DNA from: Balanoglossus misakiensis | Taxonomy: Eukaryota > Animalia > Hemichordata | NCBI GenBank assembly: GCA_040954595.2 | Contig: CM082576.2 | Coordinates: forward strand, 13,581,129-13,645,128 | Direction of reading: 5' to 3' | DNA: 64,000 nt | Shown: piece by piece, positions 26,561 through 40,338 of the stretch | Numbering within the stretch: position 1 is the first letter of the stretch | Layout: each line of letters starts with the position of its first letter | Notes under the pieces: model-generated | Database searches by the model: none | Told to the model about the DNA's origin: nothing | What the model saw: the letters and a program-made list of their open reading frames with translations, nothing else | Made by a program: the position numbers and the translations under genes

Positions 26561-27499
26561 CTGCTTGTTTATTATTACTTAGGGGCTGGACATGCACTCC
26601 GAAAGATGCGGTGCGGAAAACTGGTCGGCAGCATTGTTTTTTCGAATGCACAAAGAGAAGACAGAACTGTCAGTGTGGTCGCTGCATGAGGAGATTATTG
26701 ATTCCAGACGCAAGGACACGGCCGGCGCTATGGGAGGATGTCTCACTTTAAAAAGACACCCAGGGAAAAATTCCGATCTCTGAAGGTGGGTCTGACCAAT
26801 CTCCCCCGACGTGGGCAGGGTCTTCCCTTATTCTCGCGGTGCGGCGTCGGTATCAAAAAAAAAAGAAGGCGGGATGAAGTCTCGTCCGAGGCGGGGAAAA
26901 ACAGGTGTGGGGGGAGAGTGGCGCACGGCCCATCCCACGAAATTGAAGCCAATCACGGCCCCATTTAAAGGTCACTAAACACGCCACGGGTTGATGGCGA
27001 GGGACTCCACCCACTGCATTGAGGGTTACAACTTGTACATTAGCTATCAATTGCCCCCGATCACTTAAGTTAGTAATCCTTCATCATTGTCATACAATAT
27101 CGAATGAGGGGGAGGGAGTTGCTCAGAAAATGCCCCGATTGTCGTGGATTGCTTCAACCTTGCCTGGAATAAAAAAAAAAGAAATACGAAGAAAGCCTGG
27201 TGTGCTTTGTGGCATGGCAAAGAATCTCTCCTCGGGGGCATGCCGGCAAGAAAAAAACGAGAAATCTGAATGATGGGGGGATGGATCAACACATCTGCCT
27301 TGCTTGGAATCTTTTGAAGAGCTTTACATTCCACGCACTTGTTCCGGCAAACACGAGGTGAAGACAGGAGAGAAAAGCTGCGAAATCTTCGGTGGTAGCC
27401 AGCTTTTTATTGTGTGTCATTGAAAGGCACTCGAGAGTTGTTTACTTAAGCAGACATTTACACCCGAACCCAGTGAAACAGACACTTGAAAAGACGGGT

Positions 27500-30400
27500 A
27501 ACCTCCCCGGAAATTAAGAAGCCATTGACACCTGCGTCTGTGACAAACAGCCGGGCATTAGGGTGCTAATTAGAAATTAATATAAACAACAAACATTGTG
27601 GGGAGGTGAAAGGGGAAAGGTGTTGTTTTCTTTTAAAGTGAACAAGGCCTCATTAAAGCTGGCCTCTTTTGTCTTAGGGGCTTAGAAAGCCAGAGACTTT
27701 TTTTAAATCAGTATGTACAGAATATATCGGCACTGAAATGGAAAGTTGCTGTGTGAAGTCATTCGATGGAAGGCGGCGTTGTTCCAACTGCGAGCCAAGT
27801 GTCTGTCATGTTGAGCGTGTGCCCACTTACTGCAATTAAATTTTCCGTAAGAACTTGTGACACTGCGCGATTTTGAGTTCATGTCCAGCCTAGCATTGTT
27901 AAGTAAAATGCAGAAGGGGGACGGGGGAAAATGCGCTTAGAATCAGCAAACGACTCCGCGTCACTGTTGAAACTTTGATGCGAGTCTGTAATGTCTTCAT
28001 GAATTATTGTTCAGTGGTAGTAATACTGATGAATAGTTAATGAGCAGTGGATTTTGATTCTCGCTTGCGAGACCTCATATCGAAGGCAGACTGGCAGCTC
28101 CCAAATGAAATGCCAACAGATTAATAACATTCCAATCGCTTCTGTGGTGTTGATATTACTAATCGTGGTATTCTAATAGACTATCACTAATAGGGTGAAT
28201 CTTCTTAAAATCAGAGTGTAGTCGTCATCAACGACAGAAAATATGGAACTTAATGTGCTGTAATGGGACACTTAGTATTAATGAGATAAACTAAAATTAG
28301 AGATTTTTTTGAAAATGGAACTTATGCTGACTGCTGAATTTCAATTTTGATGCTCATCCAATTTCCCCAGAATTCCTATCAAACTATTGAAGATCAAAGA
28401 ATACTTGGATTGTCCAACTTAAAATCAAGGGCTATTTTAAAAAGTAAGAAATTTTTTTTCGCCAAATGTTTATAATCATCCACTTATAAATTGACATTTT
28501 TGTCTCACTGTATAAAAATGTCCTCAAACCTTGCTAACCTTGCTAAATTTGACAAATTAATTAATATGTAGAAATAACGTATAATATATTGGCTGTCGTT
28601 GCTCTTACAATTGATTAATTGGTTTTATTTGTGTAGAAAGACAATCGGCGGTGTGAAATTGCCCTGGCATCAAAAGGACAATTGAAAGTTTAATGTTGCT
28701 AATGACTGGGCCTATTGGATATCCATTTGTGGTGCTTGTGTTGGAAGCCGCAGCTCGTAAATTCTCTCCTGCTATCGCCTACACAGGAAGTACTTTCATT
28801 GATGACTGAATCGCTCCCTTCTGTTAATTCCACACTTTTTTTTTTCAAAATCGCCCAAGGAGGAAACGGTTTTATTTTCGCGGCAGCGGTGGTTTCTCTT
28901 TGACGGTGGTTTTCGGAAGCTTGTCTTTTGGCTCAAGGAGGGCGAGTGTGATTTTTTTTTTGTATCTTTTTCAAGGTGGCAAATTAAACATGGCCGTGTC
29001 AAGAAGTTGCGCTGTCTGGAGACAAGTGGGCTAGGTGAATGTTGTATTTTGTCAGCTGTGACCAATACGCATTGCACGGTGGCTGCGAGCGTCAATAAGG
29101 CGACAATGGCGCAGGTAACAGGCTTAGCTGTACAAGTAGAAACTTCGCAAATCCCCAAGACAAACTCTCCCTTTTGTATTGTGTGTCCGTTTGCTAATTA
29201 CTAGGTGCAACAGAGTTGACAGAAACGTTTTTGCCGTGTATCTCTTGCTAATTACACCTTCTGGGGTAAAAAGTCAGACGGAAGGAGAAAAGAAAAGGGC
29301 GGTCGGTTGTTCAGTCGTGGTGATACGGTAACCATTTCTGGAAGCAGGCAGCTGGTCCCAATGCACCCCGAATGGTCAAATGTGGCAATGGAGACTGTGG
29401 TAAACAACAGGCAGATATCAAGATAGAGATGCATAGAGTACAAGGGGTACAGAGAGTCTGAATTGATAGAGAGAGAGAGAAAAAACTGGCTAACTAATAG
29501 CTTTAGTCTTTGCGATGTGTGTGCCTAGCTAGATTGCTACTGGGGTACTTATGTCCGTCCTGCAGTGATTTTGTTATGGAGATGAAAGACGTCAATGGCC
29601 AGCTTGTTAGCTCAAATGATGTATTTAGGAGTCCACTTACTCAAGATGAATTTTTCATTGACTGATGACTCCACCGTGTCTAGCCTGTATTGTCTCTATT
29701 TTGCATTGTGCCCGGGTCTTGCCCGTCAAGCTGTGTGTATCTATATCCGCCAAAGACAACAATGCGCAAAAGAGAGGCAAGTCAACGCCATCTAAGTAAA
29801 AGGTCCTTGTCAACCAGAAATAATTGCCTCATTGTACGGCCCAAGTACTTCTATTCCCCGATAATTTTTTTTTCCGGGGCTTGTATTTACAGAATTTACC
29901 CCCGAGTATGTTGACGTTGCTGGCCACAAGTGATGGGACTGCCGACACAATGGTCAAGTGGACGGTCCGTTCTTTTTTTTTTTTAGAGTGGCCACTTGAC
30001 CAGGAGTACTCGAAGGGATGTTTTGCGACTGGACAGTCAGTGGAATCATCGCCCGGTGTACTTTTTGCGCCGAGATCGGCTCCCTAATCCTATTATACGT
30101 GCCTTTTATCCGGTGGGCTGAATACAGGCGCCAAAGACAATATGCATTACAAACGCGCTGAATCTCCGGCAGCAGCGCCGTGTGCAGTAAACTACACCCC
30201 ACCAGTGACAATGCCATCATTAGGGATAGGTCTTGTATTATGACAAGCCCCTTTGAGGAGTAATTATGTTTTGTGGGGGTATAGATCGCTCCTTGTATAA
30301 ACGGAGACTTATGTGCAAGAATTCATCCACCTCAAATCTACCGGCAAGTCACAATGCCCCGGCATTCAGTCGTTATTACCGGAGCAAAGAAAAAATGACA

Positions 30401-32330
30401 GATTGGCTGCAATAGATAAGGCTTAGTGCTCATTACGGCCAATAGAAATGGCCCACTGCCAATTATGCTGCCTTTTGGAAGATTTTGCAGATATCTAGCT
30501 TTCGAGTCTCACAAATAAAGGTGACTGCAACTTGCAGTTAACCCACCTACACCGTGCACGTCCACCAATGTGAGTGCCTGTCTCTGTCTCTCTCACTCTA
30601 CTCAACTGCTCTGGTAGCTAGTAGTAGCCCTAATTATCGATGATTAGTCACTTGATGGTAGGGCCAACCCAGCTGAAAGAAATCTAAAGAGAATCAGTCC
30701 ATCAACTAAATCACTCTATACATTGACAAAACGGAGGATCAATACTCGGGGCCCGGTGTCGCTCCAGCTTGCATGCCAGACTTCAAAAAAGCGCATTCAC
30801 CGTCAGGGAAGCAGCAGAACTGATCGTTAGTGCGCAAGTTTATCTGCGCGGGGAGAACGTCGCAGTAATTGCCGTTTTCTCTCGTTTGCAATTGTACGGT
30901 CGAGCGTATATATTTAACGGGGAAGGGTGTTTGAACAGAGCGTCTACCCAATTAACTCGTACACGTGTAAGTTCACGATCAAGGGCAGACTTCGCGGGAG
31001 ACTAGTCGTCTGCTAGTCAGTGACCCCGTTTTTACCTTTTCTCGAGAACGACGATAAATATTGTAATTTGGGAGTCTCCGGGTGTGTGTCTTTATTTACC
31101 ATTGCTATGCGAAAATTTTGTCGTTCTTTTTTTTTTTTATATATATATATATACATACACACGGCAGCTGGCTGGGGAGCAATTTCGCATTATAGCCACC
31201 ACAATGGGAAATTAGTGTCTCGATTATTTCGTGAAAGCCGTACATTCAAGTGTCTGTCAGTTGATGTGATTGTGTGGCTTAAAAGCAAATGTCAGAGAAC
31301 ATGATTTGCGCAAGAGGATCCCGCTGAATGAATTTCTCATCAAGTGAGCATTAAAATTGCAGTCAATTTAAATGATTGACAGGTGAAGCCAAAGGGAAAC
31401 GCTGACATTCCTGTCAGCTGATGATACATAATTATGCAGGAGGGCTCGCGCATTATTATTCATATTTTATTCCGGTGTCAGGGCATGCAGCAGGATAGCG
31501 AAGTCTTTTGCAGATTTTGCAGTTATCTGCGTGGTTGATACCCCTCCTCGCATCTGCAGTACGTACTTCGCGATTCCGCGCAAACATTTTGCACTCGCAG
31601 AAAGTGATCAGCCTCTTGCGTAGTTCCAATGTTAGTATACACACACAGCACAAAACAACTTTTCAGTTCCCCACACTGACTTTGGTACTTCTATCAATGT
31701 CACTTATGGCTCGCCCGCTCTATAGTCAAGTTTGTTGCCAAAATACCTGCCGCAACCAGAGACGATGCGGTCAGCACACCGACACCAATCTGACACAAGT
31801 AATTATTGTTCGGTTGTTCGCCAGGTCTCATTGACCGGGCTCCTTTGTTTCATTATCTGGGTATTATTATTATTATTTGTTCTTTCTGTGAATGCCTTCT
31901 CAGCCAGCGGTCCAGGGCAGCGCGCGGGCCTCGCATTCTGGTTGTGTGGTCATCAGGAATCCCGTCTCAATGTTCCCTCCAAATACTTGTATACAACGGC
32001 CCGCCATGTGGTCCTCACCTTCACAATCGCCCGCACGCAATTATCGGTGTAGATGCCGGAGAGTCCGCAATAGAAGCGGCCGGTGAAAAGATCCCCCGGT
32101 GCCCGTGAGAGAAAGGCGCTTTGTCCCCTCACAGCGAGCGGTTTCGGCAGCGGCCATTGTGTCCGCACGGTGGGGGTTGCCAGTGTTGAGGGTCTCTCTC
32201 TGGGTTGTGATGAAACTCACATTGATTGTGAGGTGTTCACAGAACTCGACTATATATAGAGACACCACAATAGTCATCAGTCCCATTTCCTTAACGCTCG
32301 ATCACATTGCGGGCCTGCAAGTATTTCTCT
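27500..32330. promoter_or_regulatory. Series of enhancer/CNE-like blocks
   Basis: For example CATTGACACCTG..TGACAAACAG..GCATTAGGGTGCTAATTAG (27522-27573), ACAATG/TAATTA clusters at 29100-29250 and 30200-30470, PBX-MEIS site at 31373. Confidence 0.38.
31373..31382 (+). promoter_or_regulatory. PBX-MEIS/PREP decamer inside an enhancer-like block
   Basis: Exact TGATTGACAG, flanked by CATTAA, CTGACA/CTGTCA and TAATTA motifs (31349-31460). Confidence 0.4.
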
Positions 32331-34222
32331 CCCCTCCCGTCTAAAAAACAGGTGCTGATGACAGATGACAGGTACGGTCAATTGTCGAGGACAACACCAG
32401 TTGTATATTCATCCATAAACCTGATAGATTCTTCAAAAGAAGTCCTTGTAGGTGTGAAGAGACTAGTGTAATTGTACTCCATATGTTGCTCCTATCATAA
32501 AACATTCAGACCAATTGTGCTACCGGTATAAAAGGGTCTTTTTTTCTCCTTTTTATAAGTCTTCCCAGTTTCATCAAATTATTATGAGTGCATTTTTTAT
32601 GGCAGGTTTTTAAAATCTTATTTGATTTGCTTCCTTCTGAGGGAGAAGTCAAACTAGTACCTGAATAAAATTAAAAAAAAACAGATTACGGCACAATTTG
32701 CTTTTGAACTTAGCTCAATGCTTCCTGGTATACTGGTTTAATTTCGGTGACTCTGTCCTTTGTAACTGCCCTCTGTCAATTTTAATTAATGTTTTCAAAG
32801 GAAATAAGTAAGTAGTATTTTAATTTAGTTGCAGGAAATTTATCAAATAATTATGGAATTTTAAAGCTCTGTTATAATTAAAGTGCATAACAGAGAAATT
32901 TGCGAAGTTCAGCTCGTTATTTCTGTGGGGAAAAAAGTGGCGATCCGTCAATGACTGTTATGTGTTTTGTGGCCAGACAGGAGAGATAGGAAAGTGATGG
33001 GCTGTTGGGAAATAAAAGAACATTCAAAAAGAGCGGGAAATGATGGTTGATTGGATAGAGATGGTGAGACATCAAATGAAATAGTAAAATATTATGAATG
33101 ATAATGCTGAAACTATATGCCATTGTCTGGATTAGATTTAAATGGCCGACACCTCTCAGTACACATTCATTGCATTTCATTCTTGAAAATCAAGATAAGG
33201 CCCTATTAAATTGTAAAGTGTGGAATAAAGCCTCAACAACTCAACCATAATAATAGAAATCATCACAGCCCAAGGCAAAAAATTCCTTCAATGTAGGATG
33301 GCTGCATTATTCATGATAACTGTTCAGGGCTTAAAAGTGCACAGCGCTGCGTCTAGTCAAGCGCCATCCTCTGTGAGATTTCCATTTGATTCTCGTCCTT
33401 ACTTTAGCGTGTTGTTCTCTGTCCAGCAAAGTCCAGTATTTTCTCAGATTGAAAGCCAGAAATTAAAACGTCACATATTTTCACATTGACAAGTTTGTAA
33501 GTGACATCTTAATTTCCAATGTTGAAGTAGATCATACAATCATGTGTTTGATTTGTATCAAAAAATGAATTTCTGAAATTTGTATTTAGTTGGAAATGAC
33601 ATTTCAGAGAAGTGGAGTATATTTTTAAATAATTTGGAGAAAAAATGTAGTGTGAAAAATCAGATGAGCAGATTAGTGGTGAATCTTGAAAGTATTAGAT
33701 GGTGTGGGAAATTAAATGCTTGGAATATTATAGAGACAGACAGAGAGACATTGGCACGGAGAGACAGACTGACAGAAAGATAGTTTTATGAAACCGATCC
33801 CACCAGCAATCATGCAGAAAGTACACATTTGGCTAAATAATGGCTGACAGTTGAGTGTGTTGAAAACATAATAATTTAGAGGCAGATCCCTCGATTCAAC
33901 ATAGCGTAAAATGAATAATGGCACCCAGGAGGGGGGGACCCACTCGGGAGACTTGTCATTCTACAAGAGAAAAGACACATCTACAAGAGTCACCTTGTCC
34001 TCTCTCTCTCTCTCTGTCTCCTTGTTCATTATCCAGAACGTCTCCGTTCGAGAAAAAAAAGATCCCCGAATGATGTCACAGTGGAATACACGGCAATGTG
34101 AAGTGGGTGTAAGCAGGAAATTGTCCAGTGGCTTTTCCTCACCTTCAGCCGGCTCGCCCCCTTCGCCGTTTGCCAACCTGCCATATGGGTGATCCTCTGA
34201 AAATTGAAATGAGCCTACTGGG

Positions 34223-34993
34223 GGCTAGTTATACTTTGCGAAACAACGAAACAGCGAAACGAAACAGCGAAACGACGAAACCATTATTAAAATAGGGGCC
34301 AGTCATCAAGACGGTGGCGTATGATTTTTTAAAAAGTTTCCAAAAAAGTTCCTGGTCTGCGGCCTGGTACTAGTGGTTGCGCGCCAAAAAAGAATCCCGC
34401 CCCAAAAGGTCAATGTACGAGTATATTCACAGGGCTAAGGATTAGTTGAAACAAAGCAGTAGTGTCCGTAAGCTTTCGAGGGTCAAACACTGATGGGGGG
34501 TAAGAGTAGTAGTTATATATAGAAACACATGTAACTCACACAACACAGTATCATTGTCGAAATTTCTTTATTATCTTAATTGCAATTCATGCCTCCCCGC
34601 CTTGTGGTATTTAAGGAAATAGTGACAGTTGCTGCCGCATTTTGAGGTTTCGATCTTTTGTGGTTTCGTTGTGCGCGCGCGTATATTCACTGTGTATATG
34701 TAGCAGTTTGGCATGAATCGTTTGCGCGCACACGACGTCGACTCTACCACTACATAGTACCAGGCCGCAGACCAGGAACTGGCGACCCGCCGTTTGTTTC
34801 CAACGTCAAATTTGATTCTAATGTTGAATTTCCGAGAACACAATTTATCTGACCTGTAGTTTTCTTGGCTCGCTTACGTTTTAATTTGGAAACTTTTAAA
34901 AAAATCATACGCCACCGTCTTGATGACTGGCCCCTATTTTAATAATGGTTTCGTCGTTTCGCTGTTTCGTTGTTTCGCAAAGTATAACTAGCC
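34223..34993. mobile_element. Non-autonomous long-TIR DNA transposon, 9-bp TSD (MULE/Mutator- or Merlin-like)
   Basis: Near-perfect TIRs 34223-34344 / 34885-34993 starting GGCTAGTTATACTTTGCGAAAC, with internal CGAAAC(A) repeats; direct repeat CCTACTGGG at 34214-22 and 34994-35002. Confidence 0.9.
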
Positions 34994-35379
34994 CCTACTG
35001 GGAGAAGAAAATCGCAGCAAACATTATGTCAATCTGCATATCCCCAGATAATTGTCCGACATTGAGTAGGACCCTGTTTTGATTAATCTGTTGAAGCATG
35101 GGCTCATTCTGGTGACTGGGCCCCCAGCTAAAATGGCCTGTGATTGCGAGATGGCTTTATTGATAAGACTTATTACAGCTTTTTCTGTGTCATTTCAGAT
35201 TCCGTAATCCTCTTCTAGGAAGATCTCGCCCGAGATATAACAAAGAGTCACGCGATTCGATTCGAGTCGCGATACGAGCCGGAGATGATTCATGCCCTTT
35301 GGCACGAGTTTACACACACCTTATGCGGGCCGCGCGCGCGTTCTGAAGATGCCCATGAACGCCGATCATCGACGACATT

Positions 35380-35403
35380 TCCCCCCCCCCCCCCCCCCCC
35401 CCC
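35380..35403 (+). repeat. Poly-C tract
   Basis: 24 consecutive C. Confidence 0.95.
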
Positions 35404-38263
35404 GATCTTAATAATATCCCCACAAGAGTGCTGTTGCTAGCGATCGTTTCTTTCGTTTTAGCGACCCACTTCAGTTTACAGACTCAGCAAACACTTCACT
35501 TAGAGTCGATTTACAGGGAAGGAAAATTTCCCCACCCTTCAGTGTCACCTTTGTTTTTCCGACAGACACCTCGTGATTGATCCTCGGCAGACGTTAAAAG
35601 CACCGAGAACGTTATAGCGGATGGCAGTTTTTGCAGCTCCAAATGAGAATCTCAGGGCATTTTGTTTTACACAGGGTGACAGCTGTCGGCCTCTTGCCTC
35701 ATTGATGATAGAACATGTAGCAATTAATCTCAGAGGAAAGTCAGCGTCGGAGAGAGAGAGAGAGAAAAAAACCCCGGACAAGTTGCCTGGAAATATGTAA
35801 TCATGCACTAATGTCATATTTATGACTTAGAGTTGCGACTTCCTACTCGTCAATATTTCAGAAGGAAACCCGGACGGAATTCTGATCAGCTTGTACGGTA
35901 CACGTTACTTTACAAGAAGGCCGACATCATCCTCTCTTTGATGCTTTTTTGAGATTTTGAAAATAATTTTTCTGGCACAAATATTCCTCTAGAGAAAAAT
36001 GTTCGTGTGAGCCATTATTTGATAGACAGCAGACAAAAATACCACAATGTAACCAGACCTGTCAGCGTTATCAACTTATTAAAAAAATTCTTAATTATAA
36101 ATAAGTGAATTATGTCATCAAGAGAACACTGACAGAAATTTTATGGGACATTTTCAAGAGACAAGCCTGCATTTGTCATTTTATCCTGTCCACATCTTTT
36201 ATGTAATGTGAAAAGGCGCCACCTAGAGATACATTGATAATTTAAAAACAAATGCGTCATTTCTGATAAGATATACTACTAGAGGGCTTACTTTTATCCA
36301 GTCATGGACTTCATGGAATTGGGACAATTTGCATAAAATAATCACCCGCTGAGACAAAGTGTGTATTATGTAATGGGTTTAATATTTCTTAAAGCTGACT
36401 TTTGCAGTAAATTTGTATTGAGCTTCAGTAATCATGAAAAAAGCCTTAATTATTGTTTGTCACACATATTGAGTCTGACTTCTTGAGTTTTGATCTTTCT
36501 CTGTTACCTGATACTTTCACAACTACAAGAAATTATGTTTTCTCTCCAATGTTCATGAGATAAATTTTCTAGAATTAATTACAGTTCAAAATACCACAAT
36601 TTTTCTCTGAAAATACATGTATTATCATTATAAACTGTATTACCCAGCGTTATTTGATTTTCGCCAATGTTGATGATGTGTAAAAAATGTCTGCATTGAT
36701 AACTTCTGTCTACAAAATGAATAATGATATTTTATTTGGTTCAACAAGACAAAATGAATCCAGCTTGTATTAATAGTGTCACTTTTCTCTGTGGCGTTAA
36801 AAAAAATATCAGCAATTTTGCTTGATGTGATTATAATGGAGTGAAATGAGTGAAATACCAGTGCTGGTAGTGCGCCCTCAACCAGCCAAACGGCGATGTA
36901 TTTTGTTTGAAAATCATGATTGTTGGCACAAAAACTGTGGACATATATTCACAGACTCTCTTTGTGATGTAATGTATACATGTACATGTATAAGACAGCT
37001 TTCATCCACTACAACCAGTGCGAACTATTCTATTACATAACATGTATTAGTTCTTAGTGAATGCAAGAACAAATTCTGTATAAAACATTTATCATTCTCC
37101 ATGGGAGTGTGTGTTTTTTTAATAGCCCTCTAGTGTTGTCTATTCAAATTCTTTTGTCTAAGACAAATGTTCATTTATATCTTGTTGCAAGTTATATATG
37201 AATACCGTCATTAAAACATTTAAATAAAACCATGTTCTATATAATACACCACTTTTTTGTGTAATGAACAATATATGAGCACATTACAGGGAGCAGAACA
37301 ACATGGAATACAAATAACAAAAACTAGAGATAAAAAAATTAATTGCCAACTTTGTCTCTTGTAACCCTCCCTTGGTGAGCATTTTTTCTGGCAGGTCAAA
37401 ACCAGCTGTTTTTGATCGAGCATATTCTAAACTGGTCAATTTGAACGTTCCCCAGATCTAAACATAGCAGTGTGAGTGTACATATGCAGTCACGCAGAAC
37501 AGAAAATCAGTCAGCCATGAAAATTCAGAAAACAGATGCTATATGGATGTGAATTACATTTCCAGGGAGAAAAAAACATCCAAAGTATTGTGGAAATGAA
37601 AAAAATTGCTTTAAAAATATCACAGGATTGACTATAGTTTCAGTTTAGCGGATTTTTATAAGTGTACCCAGCAAAAAAATATGAAGTCATTACAGCCATT
37701 ACATTGCTATTACCCTATAATGAACTATTGGTCCCTCCCACTGGACTCCACCCCTATAGGGCTGGATCGTAATATGCAAACACAACCCACATCCCCAACC
37801 CTGTGCTTGAAATTTGACCACGGTATACCACCAGCGCATGTAGAATTAATTCATCATACATAATTAACCTCTACTTCATCCATTTTGTCTTGATTACTAC
37901 GGTATCTATAAAAAAAATTCCCATTATTTTCAAATTAATACCTGCGATATGGAGCAGGGTATCAGTGTCAGCTACTGGTATGTATCGTATTGCCCCGTAA
38001 TAAAAGAGACTAAAAATATATCCTTTGATAAATAGTACAACCTGAATGAGCATGTTGAGCAGGTCAGGAGGAGAGTGTGACATATATATTATGCTTGCAG
38101 TGACCTCTACGCAACAGGCACGAACACATGTACTAGCTGAGATAAAGAGTGTGAAGTTGTCGATTGAGAAGAATACTGCAGGAGAATGTGAAACAGTGTG
38201 GAAAGCACTTTAAGGTAGTCATTCATTATTGAAAACACCAAACAATGCTTCTTTGGTCATTAA

Positions 38264-38563
38264 AGCCCCACTAGCTAAATTCTCCATGTCTTTAGTCAAC
38301 AAATCACACTATTTTGACTTTCTGGAGATTTCAATACCCATGTGCACATACTAGGATAGTTGTGTAATCATGTAATGGACAGTTGAATAAACTAGTGTGG
38401 CACCCATTTATTCTTTAGCTCGTTCAAATTTAAATGTACAGCCACAGTCAGATGTTGTTAATATGTTTGTATATACCCACCAGTAAACTCACTTAAATGG
38501 ACCATTCTAAGTTCAAAAGTAAAATCATGAATATAATTTTTAAAACTGGCAGCCATTTAGGCT
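38264..38563. mobile_element. Possible old Kolobok/T2-like MITE
   Basis: TTAA-AGCCCCACTAGCT...GGCAGCCATTTAGGCT-TTAA; degenerate TIRs resembling family B ends. Confidence 0.4.
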
Positions 38564-40325
38564 TTAATCTGGTCAAGTTCCCCCAGTATTACAAGCTTGT
38601 CTACAGCATAATCTGGCTAGGTTATTAATTTAGTGCGTATCATTTTGTTCTTTTTTATACACCCTGCCTAGAGACATATATCAAGTTATTTCCATCAATT
38701 GAACTGATTCAATTATTAATGATATCTTCATGAATAAAATGAAAGGGATATGTGTCCCTGCAGTAGATGTGCACATATGCAGGCATGTTTATGTACATGG
38801 AAGTATAACTTGGTCAATATATTCTAGAGACTATCTAAGCAAAATACATGACTATATACTATAATGTGATGTATGATCTGTACTGTCTGGATGACTATGT
38901 GCTGACCAAGACTGAGTGACATGTACCTTTTTATGACACTTGTATGTGCCAATGTACATTTTGGCGCCAATGTGGTTGGTATAAATTGGCCAGGCACTCC
39001 AGAAATTGGAAAATTACTAAAAAGATGACCAAACAATTAATATATTACATGAAATGATAACTGAAAATTGTCAGCTATAGTCAATGTTTTAAATAAATAC
39101 AACCTTATTCATTCTTTGGTTCATTCATACTTGAAAAGTTTCTCATCTTTTACCAGCAGTGCAGAATTTCAGCAGTTTTGTGCAAGTGGACTCACCACCA
39201 TTCCATGTTGACCCCCATCGGAGGTTTAAATTCTGTCAAAAATTTCCACACAAAACTCATTCTTGTTGAAATTAATTTTTTTTTTAATTTGGCAAATGGC
39301 GTTGGATATCGGAACATTGGTTTTCTATAGAAGGAATTTCCGTCATTTCCACTGTTGGTTATCATTATGCGTCGACAAAGGAGATGTCTGAGGTATTTCC
39401 ACATCGGTGGTTTGTGCAAATGGATTAAGTGTAATGCTGTGTTCTATGAAACTCGGCAAGTGACTACCGGGTCAGCTGATGACATGAGAAGGAAATTATC
39501 TCATTAAAATATAATGTGTTTGATTAATATACGGCATGGCAATCATTTCTTTGGGGAATTCGAAGCTGCAGTGATAGGTTACTGATATGTCTGATTTTTA
39601 TCAACAAACCATTTCCTTTTTTCCTAATTTTCGTAATATCGTATATTGAATGTGTGCTTTTTCATATCCCCAATTGGTTACTATTTGTATTCCAATATTA
39701 TTAAATGCTATTATTCATCGCCAAAGAATGCATTGCAATGCAATGTAGTTCGTGCTTCAACCATGAAATTTTAAGACATTTGAAAAGCCATTTATGTTCT
39801 ACTCATTTTACATGTTTTAGCGGAATCGCTGCTTGTTGAGATTGTGTATTGGATCAATACCATTTTCTTCGCTATTAAAATACAAACTTGATGGCTATAT
39901 ATAAAACATAAACTATATAGAATGTACTGCATCTTTTGGTTATTCGTCGCAATTTGGCGTGCAATAAGAATAGATTGACACTGAATCATTACCAGTGGCA
40001 CTGCACAGCATACAAAATACGGAATTGACAAATCAAATCGATCGTACATTCTATTTTTACTCTGCTCATATGAGGAAAAAAGTCATCATGATGAGAAGAC
40101 GAGATTAGACGTGTCATTTGTTAGCGAATTTGAACTTAAGTGCCCTGGGGCCGGGACCACCATCAATTTATAATAATTTGCTGCGCTAATATTTGTCACA
40201 AGATCACCATTTGATTGCACACTGGTTATAGCCACGTGTCAGAACGCTGTTACATCACAAAATGAAAGATGTCGTTTAGCCGGGCATTGTGGGTAGACCG
40301 GGAGATCAAAATGCGTACCCGAGTT

Positions 40326-40338
40326 TGACCTCTGACCC
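40326..40338 (-). promoter_or_regulatory. DR1 nuclear-receptor element (COUP-TF/RXR/HNF4 type)
   Basis: TGACCT-C-TGACCC. Confidence 0.35.

Noticed and set aside
34236-34281. Short CGAAAC repeats as a CRISPR-like or iteron array
   Set aside because: No spacers; they are subterminal repeats within a transposon TIR in eukaryotic DNA.
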